Part shown: piece after piece, positions 1 through 18,080 of the stretch | How positions within the stretch are numbered: the first letter of the stretch is position 1 | How the letters are laid out: every line of letters starts with the position of its first letter | Source of the DNA: Tubiluchus corallicola | Taxonomy: Eukaryota > Animalia > Priapulida | Reading direction: 5' to 3' | Assembly: GCA_030141605.1 (NCBI GenBank) | Contig: JAQGDQ010000065.1 | Coordinates: 620,001-684,000 of the forward strand | DNA: 64,000 nucleotides | Program-made: the position numbers and the translations under genes | Notes under the pieces: generated by a model | What the model saw: the letters and a program-made list of their open reading frames with translations, nothing else | The model's database searches: none | Told to the model about the DNA's origin: nothing

Positions 1-305
1 TGAGGACATCATGTCATCATAAAACCAGTTTATTAAGCATGGAACCTGTTTTGTCTAGTAATGAATTAGTCACTCTCCATGATGGTTTACCGGATAACAG
101 GTTAGACGTATCGTTAGCCATATTTCGATAAAAATCACTCTGTTCTTAATGACTGTGACATGAATGTTGATCGGTTTTGGACGCTTGATCTTATTGGTAT
201 TTTAGAGTGTGCTACTGGTAATGGACTAAATGAAAGCTGAGCATAACTTTGTTAACACGGTTGAGCACCAAGATGACGGGCGCTACTACACTTCCTGGCC
301 ATGGT
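1..305 (+). mobile_element. BEL/Pao LTR retrotransposon pol fragment (degraded)
   Basis: Translates in shifting frames to DMNVDRFWTLDLIGILE and NFVNTVEHQDDGRYYTSWPW, resembling the FW.LE.IGI and GRY.V.LPW motifs between protease and RT in BEL/Pao elements. Confidence 0.65.
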
Positions 306-570
306 GGAAGAAAGCTTTTCCATATTGCTTTTTAGTTTATTTACAGAAACGTGTGGATCTGAACTATGCGTATAGGTGGAGGTATCATCAACATATGAAA
401 TAATTTTATCATTTTTTACTGTTGCTGGTATATTACTAACATATATGTTGAACAATAAAGGGCCCAGTATTGTGCCTTTGAGCACATCCTTTTTAATACT
501 TCTCCACTCTGAATGTATTTATTGAGATAATTTTACTGTTTGAAGTCTATTGCTCATTTAATCATTTACT
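305..570 (-). mobile_element. Non-LTR (CR1/L2-like) reverse transcriptase fragment
   Basis: ORF 252..485 contains KGTILGPLLFNIYV and YVDDT, degraded RT motifs (QGS.LGP.LF..Y; YADD). Confidence 0.8.
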
Positions 571-654
571 AGCAAAGACCCCGCATAAAATTTTGCGTAT
601 AAATCCATTTATAATCAACAATGCGCAAACAGTCCTCATTTATAACGCAAAACC

Positions 655-1300
655 AGTAGCAGCTATAGAACCTCCAATTAACTCATCACAGCTCCTCACG
701 GTGGAGACGTCTTAAAATACAGCCCACATCAACGTGCAGCCTGTTTTTCCTCTTTCTAAAGAGCTATATATATCTTCTTCCGAGAGTCCCACCAGGCGCC
801 GCTAGAACGTTTCTTCTGCAGGCTGTTTGGCAAAAAATTCGAGTTGGGTTCGCAAAAACGCCTGTTACGGGATACCATGGCCCTCCAGCGAAATCTATAT
901 ATGCCTACGTACATCTACCGGATATATATGGAAAACGGATTGGTGCTGATAACGCTTGCATAGCCAGTGTTGCACATCACATCACCCAGACCAAACTACA
1001 CCACACCCACTACACCACTCTACCAACAACACACCACAACCACCCTACCACCCCACCCCACCAACAACACCCGCAGCTCACACACCACACACACCAACTT
1101 CATATGGTGATCATGATGACTGTGATGATGATGATGACGACAGTGATGACGACACTTACAACACCAACACCAATACCAACAGTACAGCATCACAGCGAAA
1201 CTATTCAAAATATTTTGCACAAAGTCGAAACTGTGTGCTATAGCAAATGCTCTTAAACCAGTCTACCAATGCTTAATAATGCGAGGACATTCAACATATT
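655..1300 (+). repeat. Dispersed composite repeat with CAC-rich/GAT tract, copy 1
   Basis: 655-845 matches the reverse complement of 13885-14065; 960-1300 (CAC tract, GAT run, AAATATTTTGCA...CTGTGTGCTAT flank) recurs at 14240-14570, 47160-47660 and 48420-48755. Confidence 0.8.
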
Positions 1301-1679
1301 TTTGTGTGCTGCTTCTCATATGATAATAAGCTAGCAGAATTTATTTATATGTACATTCTATAACACTGTAGAACGAAGGGTGGAGACAACGCCTGGAACA
1401 GCCGCAAACTTTTTCAAACTCAAAGACTATGGATGTTCAAAATAGCGTGCAACACGGGGGGGGGAGGTAGAAATGGGTCATGTGAATTGGGTACCTGTCC
1501 GCCGGCTGACCTAGGAACGGTTAACGAGGGCCGATAGTCGGGCCATTAGTTTTAGAACAGTGACATCCCAGTACTTTGTCAAAGTGACAGTAAATGGCAA
1601 TAGAGCGCTCAGAAGTCGGGATGCTCAGATAGCCAGCTTAAAGATCAGTTTGTATTGCATTGTATTGATCCAGATGACC

Positions 1680-2458
1680 GAGAGATTTCATAAGGGGGGG
1701 GGGGAGCGGTACGATGAGAGTTGGGGCTTTTTCGTCAATGTCAAGCAGGTAACCAGGTGTGGACTCTCTGTTGTATAGTCTTGAGGTAGGAGCTAACTTT
1801 CTATTGCTATCAGCGTAGACGTCTTCTGCGTAGTTGGATCGAGCCAACCCCTCTGAAGCACAAGTAACAACTCATATTAGGAACCGGACTGGGCCAATTA
1901 TTGGAACTAATAGATTGGCCAGTTCCAGAGTTAAGTGATTTTACTTATCATACTTCTTGGTAATGTGAATATAATTGTATTCAATTATTGGCAGTTGTTC
2001 ATTGTTATTAAAAGAACGGTTTTTACAAAATTGATTGTAATCTTGACTGAAACTGATTGTACAGCAAACCATTAACGCGATTCTCTGTTACTTGATTATT
2101 ATATCATATTGCGAACCCAGCTGAATTGTAATAGTTACAGATGTTTAGTATTTTAGAATTCTGTTAAAGTAATAACTTACATTAATTCCTGTTAGTGTTT
2201 GTGTTAATTATAATTGAGGATCACTTAAAGACAATAGCTAATCTGTAAATACACTATCTGTTACACGAATCGGGCACGGAACATTTTCACACTGAAGCGG
2301 CTTATTGCGGAGACTAGCTAGACAACTAGAGAGATAAAGATCTACTTCACAGCGCGTATTTCGTAGCTTGAGGTTGCTCTGGCATTTATGATTGCCATTC
2401 TTACCCAGCCTAAGCTCTCGTAATCGGGGATTAATTATTTGTTTAATTGCCTAATTAG
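1680..2458. repeat. Unclassified interspersed repeat, copy A (two blocks separated by about 470 bp)
   Basis: 1685-1860 and 2340-2458 closely match 24760-24935 and 24941-25059, where the two blocks are adjacent. Confidence 0.8.
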
Positions 2459-2459
2459 G

Positions 2460-3220
2460 AGCCTGTACTACAATTGTATAATATGTGTTTTCAAATGAAT
2501 CTGTTGATATTGTTTTTCAATTATTTGTTGACAAATTAGTGAAAATGGCTGATTCGTATTTGCCTAATCAAGAAGTAACAATACGCCCACGCGATAAGCC
2601 TTAGATGAGTAGTCACGTTCGAAAGCTTAGAGTACAAAAAAAGTACCTAGAGTACGCAGAAATTATAAATTAAATAGGACGAACGCTTCGTGGCAGTCCT
2701 ATACTATACTACAGTAGAAATAAGTTCAATAATGCTGTTAAAAAAGCCAAACGTGACTGTTCAGACAAACAGAATGAGAAGCTATTAAATCCTGAAATAT
2801 GCTCTAAAGTCTGGCGGAAAATTACCAAAAGTTTTTACAAATATTCATGTGGCTATTTTATTCCTGCCATTATAGATGAAGCAGGTGCTGCCTTAGGCGA
2901 TGGTATTTCCAAATGCAATGCGTTTAATAATTACTTTGCCCAGCAGTGCCGTTTGGATATTTCAAATGCTGCATTACACAGATTCTATCCAAAACTGATA
3001 CATACATACGTGTCTCACATTACTCTACAAGAAGATTTAGTGAAAACGTTATCAAGTAACGCCTATACGAACAAATCTGTTGGGCCCGACGGAATCAGTA
3101 ACAAAGTACTTGAATTTTCTGCAGATTCATTATCCCGCTCAATTGCATGCATCCTAAATCATGTTTTTAAAGTGTCTGATCCAATCCTATAATAAATTAT
3201 GTTTAAACTAAACTAAACTA
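2460..3220 (+). mobile_element. CR1-like LINE fragment with 3' tail
   Basis: Degraded ORF2 peptides (VTIRPRDKP, FNNYFAQQC, KSVGPDGISNKVL), then AATAAA at 3191 and an (AAACT)n tail. Confidence 0.7.
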
Positions 3221-3279
3221 ACAACAATAACAACAACAATAACAACAACAACAACAACAGCAGCAGCAGCAGCAGCAGC

Positions 3280-3316
<37 letters not shown>

Positions 3317-3345
3317 GCAACAGCAGCAGCAGCAGCAGCGACAAC
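3220..3345. repeat. (CAA/CAG)n microsatellite
   Basis: Seen directly; explains the poly-L/V/A pseudo-ORFs. Confidence 0.95.
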
Positions 3346-4913
3346 TTTGAAGAATTGTATATCATATATGCTAGGTTTTGCTCGTTGTTGAGACAAATCA
3401 TAAAGTTTGTCGCTGCTTTGAAGACGGTTATAAATTCGACGTTAAACTTGAACATTTGTGCTTGATTTTGGCAAACGTTACAAAATTAATAAAATTTATA
3501 ACGTGTGTCGTCGATTTGGGCAATAAAACCTAATAACGTTTGCCACAACAGTGTTACAATATTTGTCGGCCGCAAGAAAAAAGTTGTTAGGGTTTCCTGT
3601 GTTGACGTTACAACTTTCATTGTTAACGATTTAGAACAGCTGACATTAGTTTGGCTTTGCCATAAAGTTTGTGGATATAACACTGCCTTTTTTGGAACAA
3701 CGTAATTATGTCATTAATGATTTCAAATTATAGTACCACCACCACCATAAACTGCATTTAAATTTACACACATGAAAACTTTTCAGCAATGAACCCAAAG
3801 CTACATAACTGTACTACTTTCAGACACAATTCGAATACGCATGTGTGTGTTACTAAATAAAATATATAGTTATTGTGTTAACAGAAATCGGCTGCGCTAG
3901 CAACATAATACTAGTACTACCAAGAAGATACGTGGAATGATTATGGAATCGTCTTTTTAGGCAAGTGTGAAAAACTCATTGGCCGGAAAGTGTGGTAAAA
4001 AACTTTAGCAACGAAATGAGTTCAACTGCTTTGTAAGTAAACCCATGCATAATTTTGTTCGTTTTAGGATTTGAGGATTTTCTTATATGATTATGCAAGT
4101 TTGTAGTGTCTGAAGTTTGGAATCTAAGACCAGAAGATTAAGTGTTTTAAGTTATGTCTAATTCTGCAGTTTGACATTAAATAACTTTTTTAACCTAACA
4201 CCTTCTACCATGTTTGAACGGCGGGGGGGGATTTATTTTAATTTTTTTTATAACTCATTGGTGCATCCCTTTGTAAGAAAACATCTAACAATAATTATTA
4301 AATTTTTGTCGGTTTGTTACTTGCCTGACATTAGTACTGAAAGGATTAAATTGACTTCAAAAATTTTGGTCAGTTTGTTTACTGTAATTATGTTCGTTTG
4401 GAATTCTTTTATTATTATGCAATTTGTGTTGTTGCTACCATCAAATTTTCTCTTTTGAACTGCAATCAGTGATAATTATAACTGTTTAATTTGCTTATCA
4501 GTAGAATAAGCAAAAGTAGAAAAACAGAACAAAAAAATAGTATTTTGTAGAAAAATAATATTGTAAATTTGCTGTTAGGCTATTATATGCAGGAATCTAC
4601 GAATTTTAGTGTTTGGGAAGTATTAATAAGAGCTTAGGTGACAATGACACGATGACATTTTAGGCCTTAGCTTATGTTGTCTTACACACAGTTCAAGTCT
4701 CAAGGGTAATTAAAAATCTTTTGATTTACAAGCAATCTTTCAGGTGTGTGAAATGTGAAAGTGGAATTACTTTTGTATAGTTCAGACGTAACACGCTCGC
4801 CACTATTATTTGCACATTAACATGGAGTTTCACTGTCGAACCTTCTTGATTTACCCCGACTTTTATTATCAAGATTGAGCGTCACAGTTTGACTTACCAC
4901 TGCTTTTTAATAC

Positions 4914-5630
<717 letters not shown>

Positions 5631-6351
5631 GTTTAGTTAAGTTTAATTTAATTTATTTGACATCCATAAAAATATTACAATAAAATAGATAAAAACATTG
5701 AATCATTGTCAATCAATAAAATAATCATGAAGAGACACATGGTGTAGAAGAGACACACAGAGATACACTACTTAAGTGCAACTTATGATAACATTACAAA
5801 ATCTTCTAATGAAAATAATGTTAGACCAGGGGTGTGCAAATTATCTGACTAACGGGCACATTAAACTTTCCTGCAAATTCTAACGATTCTTCTGCATCTG
5901 TTCTGCGCACATCATTACTAGTACACTCAGGAAAACTATTCTAGTAGTTATTAAAATTTATTTTAAAAACCATAGATTTCAACATTCATGTCAGACAGTG
6001 GTAATTTTATTGCCATGCATATTAGTATAGTGGATCACGCAGTCTGTGTAGTACCACATAGTGCATATTAATCTGTCTTGAAACACTCGATGTTCTTCTT
6101 CAATCTCCCTCTTTTTATCCATGTTCAGATCTACAAGAACACACTGAAGAATACACCTGATGAAATGATGAAACAGCCACTGATCAAGGTGTGCATTACT
6201 GAGCCTAAGCAGAAACTAAAATCTCGGAATCCCCCTATATCAGGAGCGGCCACACTTTTTCAGCTTGCTGGTTAAATACAAATCGATTTGCCCAGTCGTC
6301 TTCTTGGTAATAGCAGGTAGATCATTTTGACTTGGTTATTTTATAATCCAA

Positions 6352-10390
<4,039 letters not shown>

Positions 10391-10399
10391 GCTTGTCGG

Positions 10400-11310
10400 T
10401 GCTCTTACTTACTTGCTGCCCCCACCAGGTGGAGGCACGCCAGCACAGGTAACATCCCGAACCATCGCACGCCACTGCTTCCGGTCCTCGCAGTACAATG
10501 GCAGCTCTGTGAGATCGACGGAAACTTGGTGGTAGCGGTCCAGCCCAAGAGGAGACACAATATCGCGCTTGATTTGATGCTAGAAATGCTTTTGTTGACC
10601 TCCTCTGCGCATGCCGAGAACGCGCCTTAGCAATTTGGTTTCAAACGAGTTAAGACGTCTTTCGTACTCTGCTGGGATAGTCCAGGTTTCACTGCCATAC
10701 ATCAGCGTGGATAGAACGCTGGCTTTGAACACACGGAGTTTAGTCTCAATGAATATTGCGGGTTGCTGCTAAACAAACTTGTCGAGGTCCCAAAAAGTAC
10801 CACAGGCAAAACCGATCCGCCGATGAATCTCCATTGTGCAGGAACCGTCGTTCGAGATTTGGCTGCCCAGGTAAGTAAAGGATGCGACCAGCTCGATGGT
10901 GTGCCCATTGAGCTGTATGACGTCATTGTTGAAGTCTGATCCGATGCACATCGCCTTGGTTTTCTCGACACTAATTATTAGGCCGTATAGTGCTGCGTCC
11001 TTTGAAAGGATATCCAAGAACTTATTCATGATTTCATGTGCATAATTCGATCGATGACGAAGTTGAAGAGCGTGGGGTGACAATGGGTTTCCTTGGTGGA
11101 CACCTGTGATTACATCAAATAGCTCGCCGAGGTAGCCGTACACCCGGACTCTGCTGTTGCTGCCGGCATAGATGGACCTGGAACAACTTCCACAGATGCT
11201 CTCAGTCAACTGAATCGAAGGCTGCTGCGAAGTCAACGAAACATGCCACAAAAGGTTGTTGGAATTGCAAGTGCCACTCAACGATGCGACGAAGCGGTGT
11301 CGGTGCTCTA
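10400..11310 (-). mobile_element. RTE-clade LINE RT fragment
   Basis: GVHQGNPLSP, YGLIISVEKTKAM, FTYLGSQISNDG...EIHRRIG and YGSETWT motifs. Confidence 0.8.
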
Positions 11311-11759
11311 TTTGTATTTGGTCTCTATTGACATCAGTGCGAGGTCTATTTTGTAACTGTGGTGAGTTATAACGGCATTGAGGATTATTACTGTACATAC
11401 CTCCTGTACTAACGTAAGTACACGTTGGCGTTCTAGACATCTCAGCAGCAGGGTCATTCTGTGTTACAGCAGACTTCGTCCTCGGCAATGTATCCATAGG
11501 TAAATTACTCGATTGGCTCTCGTTGATTTGTTGATTACGTATCACAATAGATGAATCTGCAGAAATTGTTGACGCTGTACTGGCGGTAGCCATTTTGGAA
11601 CTTTCAGGCTGTTTGCTCTTGATCTCGTAGTTACACCAAGTGCTGACGTATTATTCGAATTCTGAGCAACTAGTTTACCTTTCGCTTTTATGCTCTTGTA
11701 AGGCATTGCATAGCCATCATAACTTGATACTATAACGTGTTTTCACAGGTCTTTTATCT

Positions 11760-13420
11760 CAAAATATCTTGGATTTTTCTTGCACCACATTACATTTACT
11801 GGTTGCTATTCTCAACTGCCAAATCTTTGACCAATTAGAATGTATCTATGATGTGCTGTATATCGTTGCTACTGTCCAAAGAAACACATTGATACAATTT
11901 AACGTCATAGTCAAACAATTTTAATGTAACAAGTTCGGCTACTTCCGGTAGGTCATTAACTAACAGCGGAAATGTAAGGGGCACCAAAGTACCGCCTTGT
12001 ACAGCACCGGAGATAACATCCACATAGGAGGATAAAACGTTACCTATGACCGCCTTTTGTTTACGGCCTGACAAGAATGCTTTGATCCATTCAAGCACCT
12101 GGCTTTTTACGCCAAACGATTGTAATTCCATTATGAGTTTTCTGTGGCAGAGAGTGTCAAATATTTTTTGGAGATCTGTGTAGAAGGTTTTTACCCACAC
12201 CAAGAGCTACATTCCAGTCATACAAACATTTTAGATGGCACAAAGAATGTTCATAACTAAACTAGGTGGCCGGTAGACTAGCACCATATGGAGAAGCCGA
12301 TATCCGGAGAAACCTTGGGCCAGCACTTCCAGATTAGAAAATCTCTCTGGCAAACACACAGTAGACACAGGCAAGTCCAACTTCACAAGGAAGCCTACGC
12401 CTACCCCTCTGCCATTTCTGTCTTTTCTGAAGACGAATGCGTGAGCGACTATGACTGATGTGCAATCCTGACTTAACCATGTTTCACTGAATGCAAGAAC
12501 ATCATAGGCACTTACACCCAAAAGGGCTTGCAGTTGGTGCAGTTTATTACCAAGACTTCTGACGTTACAGTAGAAGACAGGGAGATTTTTGAGACAGACT
12601 TTTTACATCTCTTCCGCTTGCAACTCAGTCTTTCTGCGACCCTTGGCTTACTGTTTTGTGCTCCATACCCGTTTCTGCTTTACTGACTGGCCATTACATT
12701 GAGTTACTCTGTCACCTAGCAATTTTAATTGTTTTTGCTCAGAGTCTTAACAGTTGTTCACAAATTAGAGTACAACACTCGTTCACTCTTTGGTCTTGCT
12801 TTCTGAATGAAAACTTTTTCATACAGATTCAAGCCTTTTAGTTTGGACTTGTTTTGAATAATCAAATCTCTGCCTTCTTGAGAATTTAGCTGAGCCGTAA
12901 CTAGACACAGGCAATCGTCCAGCAAGGAATTAATTTTATCTATGAGAGTGTCTGTAACTATGGAACAAGATAAGTCACCATTCTCACTTATTTTTTTGTC
13001 TTGAGTAGAGCTTTGCTGCTCTCATTGTGTTTCCAGCTGATGAATTCTTTCCTTGAGTTCTGTGATTTGCTGCTCAAAATCAGTTTCAATGCATTAAGTT
13101 CACAGGTGACCAGTGGTTTGATGTTCTCCGTGATTCTATCTTCAAGTCTTGTTATTTGAAACCTAAGACGATGCTCCATATCTCTAACTGATGTAAGAAT
13201 GGTTGAATCTTGTATGTTGGATCGCTTTCTCCATCCGAACATGTGCCACTGTCCTCCCTGTTTGATGCCATCTCAGAAGAACAGCATCTAATATTATTTT
13301 CACTTGATACAGTTTTGTTATGACATTTTGCACACAATAAACGGCTCTGCACACAATGTCAGGCTTCACTATTTTGCACCCCTGACAGCTGGCCCGTTGT
13401 TCTCTTATTTTTGGTGGCAT
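11760..13420 (-). mobile_element. Internally deleted CR1-like LINE (ORF1, endonuclease and RT pieces)
   Basis: Cys-rich ORF1 start (MPPK...CQGC, CAKC); endonuclease (LAFSETWL, RKDRNGRGVGV, VYRPP); RT (DLQKIFDT, SGAVQGG, LFDYDVKLY). Confidence 0.75.
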
Positions 13421-13829
13421 TACTGCGTTAGAAGATTGATGTTAAAAGTCTAACTTTACGGGTTGTTTTCACTATACTATACCCTTTAATATAAGTGGTT
13501 AAAAGGTGGACGCGAGAGCACTCAAAAACGTGTATGCGTTCGTCGGAACCCAAAACCGGTTCCCATAAACTGCTTTCCAATTTTGGTTCTAAACCGTTTA
13601 ATGTTTTAAAAGTCAGTAGTAGTATCTTGAAATTTATTTTGACTCTTGACCCCATGAGGGAGCAAAAACCACGAGACCAATTGAATGGTAAAAGTTATAG
13701 TCCCTGACCCCAAAATCACGGGCCAAAAGTGACAAGTTTCGATTTTAGTACATTATGTAAAAGACAAACTGAATGGTGTAAGTTGACTCGAGATTAGTTA
13801 ACTCTTGATCGTCGTTCCAAGGAACTATA

Positions 13830-14603
13830 TATATATAAATATAGCTAACTGCAACCGGCATTTTCCCGGACCCAACTCCGGATTTTCTCGAAATTTTGGC
13901 CAAACAGTCTGTAGAAAAAACATTTTAGCGGCGCCTGGCGGTACTCTCGGAAGAAGATATGTAGTTCTTTGCAAAGAAGAAGAATAGGGCTACACAGTGA
14001 TGTGGGTTACATCTTAGGATGCCTCCTTAGGAAGAGGAGCTGTGACGAGTTGATTGGAGCTTCGATTTCGAGTGATTTTTGCTTAGAAAACTGCTGACGT
14101 TTTGCATTGTTCTAACGTCATTCCATTGTACTCTGCCTATAGTTTTGCTTAGTAAAATCTGCTGCTGACTGTTGTAAAATTATAAATGTTATAATATTAG
14201 TCTACTACGATCAAAAGGAGTTTGCAAACACTACGTAACATGTCCATGCATTATTGATCATTGATGGATGGGTCTAATATCTTTTGTCATAGCACAGTTT
14301 CAACCTTAGTCAAAATGGTTTCGCCATGCTGCTGTGTTGTTGGGGTTGGCGTTGCAGGTGTCGGCATCGTCATAATTATCATCACCATGGTCACAATGTG
14401 ATGTTGTAGGTTTGGTGTGGTGGGCATGGTGTGTTGAGGTGGGTGTGTCATGGTGTGGGTGGTGTTGTGTGTGTTATAGTGTAATGGGGGTTGTGTGGTG
14501 GGTGTGGTGCATGTTGTGTAGTGGGTGCAGCATGGTGTGGGTGGTGTGATGTTGTGTCATGGTGTGGGTGTTTTTTCTACAGGTTGTTTGGCCAAAATTT
14601 CGA
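13830..14603 (-). repeat. Dispersed composite repeat with CAC-rich tract, copy 2, with inverted 36-bp blocks
   Basis: Reverse-complement match to 655-1300; 13887-13922 and 14568-14603 are imperfect inverted repeats. Confidence 0.8.
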
Positions 14604-17600
14604 ATAATAATTCTTCCCTACATTGAAAAGCACTTGGAAAGGGACACGATTTGTGTCACGAAAGGAAATATGAGAAGAGCGAGCTCCATGGCATTCCAGA
14701 GAAGGCGTTTCAGAGGTGTTACCAGCAGTTGCAGAACTGCTGGAAGTATGTTAACTTCCAAGGGGAGCATTTTGAAGGCGATTAATCATAAATCAAATTC
14801 ATGAAATGTGCAGAATTGTGTTTTTAATACCCAGAGGACGGATAGTTTTTGAACGCACTTCGTACTGGATGCGCAACCTGTTCGGATGTTCGAACATTGC
14901 ATTCAATGGCACTTTTTTCCTTGTGGACAACTCTGTGTGGTATGTCAAGTGTCACAGTGATGCATTTGTTGGTTTTGTCATACTAGAGTGCAGCAAAATA
15001 TTCAAGGACAAAGATGAGACAAGTCAGCTGCTTTGCTCTAGGAATAATGATTAGAGAAGCCGAATTCTTCGTTTACCTCTTCAACACTTACCATGTAGAC
15101 CAAGCTATCATTTTCCTTTCCTGGGAAAATCTTATACTTGGTCACAGTTTCGTGCTTTTAAGGTGAAATGAACAACTCCCGTCATTTTGTTCAAAATTTG
15201 CAGCCATCTTAGGTGTCATCTTGAAAATGTGGTGATCTTAGGTGTATTTAAGCCATATTGCCAGCGATCTCGAAAACTGCGGCCAAATTTCATTCATTTA
15301 TTTATTTAGGACCCATTCATTTAGGTCAAACGGCGGCCATCTATTTTGACCTCGCAATAAATTGCATAATGGTCAACGCAGTCAATAAAATTAACAGAGA
15401 CAATTTTAGATATTACACACTAAAATCACATGTTACAATATCATGCTTTATAAAATTACAAATGTGAGTTACGATTAAAATTAGTAGTTACAGAAAATAA
15501 TTTGAACTATGACATTTTTGAAACGCATAACTGTCTGTTACAAATACTCTATATACAAAAAATTTATAAATCAGACTCGCTAAAAGAATAGGACTATTCG
15601 GAAAATTGAACACTTTGTAGAAAACGAATAATACACTATACTACATATCTGCACAAAACTGAAAACGTTTATTAGACTACACACACATATGTAGAATGAC
15701 TGCTACACTGCACACTGAGGAGAAGAGTGTCCTGCACTGATCACTGAGAGTTAGACAGTAAGTAAAATGAGGATCACGACTGCTGCACTGCACTGAGAGT
15801 GTGAGTTAGACAGTTGTGTAGCACGACTAGCATGACTTCTGCACTGCATTGAGAGTGAGACAGAGAGTGACTAGAAGTAGAATCCAGTCAGTATATATAG
15901 GTAGAGGTAATTATGCAAACTTGGCTTCACAAATACCATTACAGTAAAATAGGGAGAGATCCAGTGAGTATGCATATTCACTGGACCGAACAATTATACT
16001 AGGGGTGAGTTTAGCTAGTAAAATGTAAAGTGATTAGTCAATAGATGGCAGCACCTAAAAATATACAGTTACAACTTCCACAATGTAAAAGAGTTTATAA
16101 GTAAAAGTATTTTTAACAGTCTACAGCTGGCTTTGAATCTTAGTTTTTCGTCTACCTTATTATAGAGTACAGCTCCGGAATATTCTTATGAGACCTTTTG
16201 GTAATTAGTTCGGGGTTTTGGGATATATAACTGCCACCTGATGCGTTTTTTTTATTGTGCACTGACGGCTTTTGTCTGAACTTTAGCCTAATTCTGTCAG
16301 ACACAGAATCATTGATAACTGTACGATGGACAAGTGAAATTTTCCTATTGTGTGTTGTAATCAGCAATAGGCATAATTGTTACTACTTTCAAAACATCTG
16401 TGGCATCCCTCTGCTCTCCCACATTTATTTTTGCGGCGCGTTTTTGGAGTCTTGTAATTTTAACTAAATTTTGCTGATTTCTACAGTTGCTCCATATAGT
16501 GCAAAAGTAAGTAAGATGGGGTTGAACAATAGCATCAAATCGTGTTTTTGAAAGATATAGACGAGCTTTTTTTCAGGTTTTACACACAATCATCCGGTTT
16601 TCCTTTAATGATCAACGTCTGTTTTCCGGAGACCGGAACTGTTTCTGCAACTTCCTTTATCTTATAATATACTAGTTTGTGAACATCAGTTTTTTTGTAG
16701 TATCTCGACTTACCGAGCACACATCTTTAAGACAGTGTTACTGTCACATTCAGCTCACAAACACGAAGGTAATCAAAATCTGCGCTCCAACCATTTTGTT
16801 TTCGGCTACTGTTAAGAAAAACAACTATTCCGCGTGTGCAAATGTGCTGTCACCTGCAAAACAATAGTAACAATTAATAATTTGAGTAATAATTATAAGA
16901 ATTAGTAAATTCTTGTGACTGGACCTGTGTAAGTTCTCTTTTAAAAACAAAGTTGTTTGACTATGTTTTTGCCAGTTGATTTTTTTCCTGGTTTAATTTG
17001 CGGAAACTGTATAAATCTGATCCTGTAAAAATCTGATTAAATTGTACGTAACAGCATCAATTTGAAGTTTAAAAACGACGACTGTACTGGACTTGTAAAT
17101 TGCATATAAAATGGGAATGTAAATTTTAAGCTGAGTATTAAATACTGCAGTTTTCAGAAATGTACTTAAATAAAATGTTACTATAAAAGAATGAAAATTT
17201 AGATACCTGTTGACCCGCTTCATTGATAGACAACATAACAATGGCCAATAAACACAGATTATAAAACACACCAATTTAAAAACAAACCATGTAAAACTAA
17301 ATTAAAAATAAGCAGGATATAATGAGCATTGTTCAAACTGCGATGGAGAGCAAGAATAAATTTGAAATGCTTTAATGATCCGTGAATGCAGTAGTGGAAG
17401 CAAAATTAACCAATATGCAAGGCTGAGTAATTAGGAAGAAACAGTAAGATGAAATGTTCGCTTTTTCTGCCACGAGGGGTGGAACGTGGTTAGCAGACAG
17501 CAGATGTTATACTATTAGCGAATTCATATTCCCATTTTATGTGAATTTTGTCAGGCCCGCGTAATATTGCTTGTCATTAAATCCGCCCTATGCCTCTGGT

Positions 17601-18080
17601 GGTATAACAATTAATGGTGGCCTGTATCACAGAGTAGCTGTTCATGCAGTATAAATTGTTGAATCTTGCATTTTCTTCATTTTTCTGAAGGATTTTTTCA
17701 TTTCTCCCATTATAGTCAATTTATGTTATATCTATTTAAATTTCGTGTTTTTAGTGTAAACACGGGTATTTCTAATGAAAATCAATCAATCAAATTTCTT
17801 CGACCTTTTAGCTCCCTTGCTTCTGAATTTTAACGTAGATATTCCTTTAGACATATTATTGCAATGCGCAGTTCTCATCTGCGAGATTGTTCGCAGAAAA
17901 TTATTTCACTTGCTTTAAGAATACAATGAAATAACTGCAAATTACCGATAAATTAGTTGTGAGATTTGTATTTTCTTGACATGTGCTCATATTTTAACTT
18001 TCTAACTGTAGACTAGACTGGTAAGGGACGAATTCTATTTTAAAAATTTAAACTATTTTTGTTACTGTTATTTTTTGCAG

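Noticed and set aside
956-1243. His/Thr/Asp-rich ORFs (also 47237-47653, 48455-48752)
   Set aside because: Translations of the CAC/GAT low-complexity core of a dispersed repeat; frames are not conserved between copies
6157-6180. CTGATGA...GAAAC as a second hammerhead
   Set aside because: No stem II, I or III pairing around the boxes
10769-11593. 274-aa ORF as a host gene
   Set aside because: Chance fusion of an unrelated segment with an RTE RT fragment lacking the YADD region
15690-16060. CTGCACTG/GAGA repeats with a TATA-like site as the neuropeptide promoter
   Set aside because: Looks more like an LTR or repeat fragment; boundaries and orientation cannot be established
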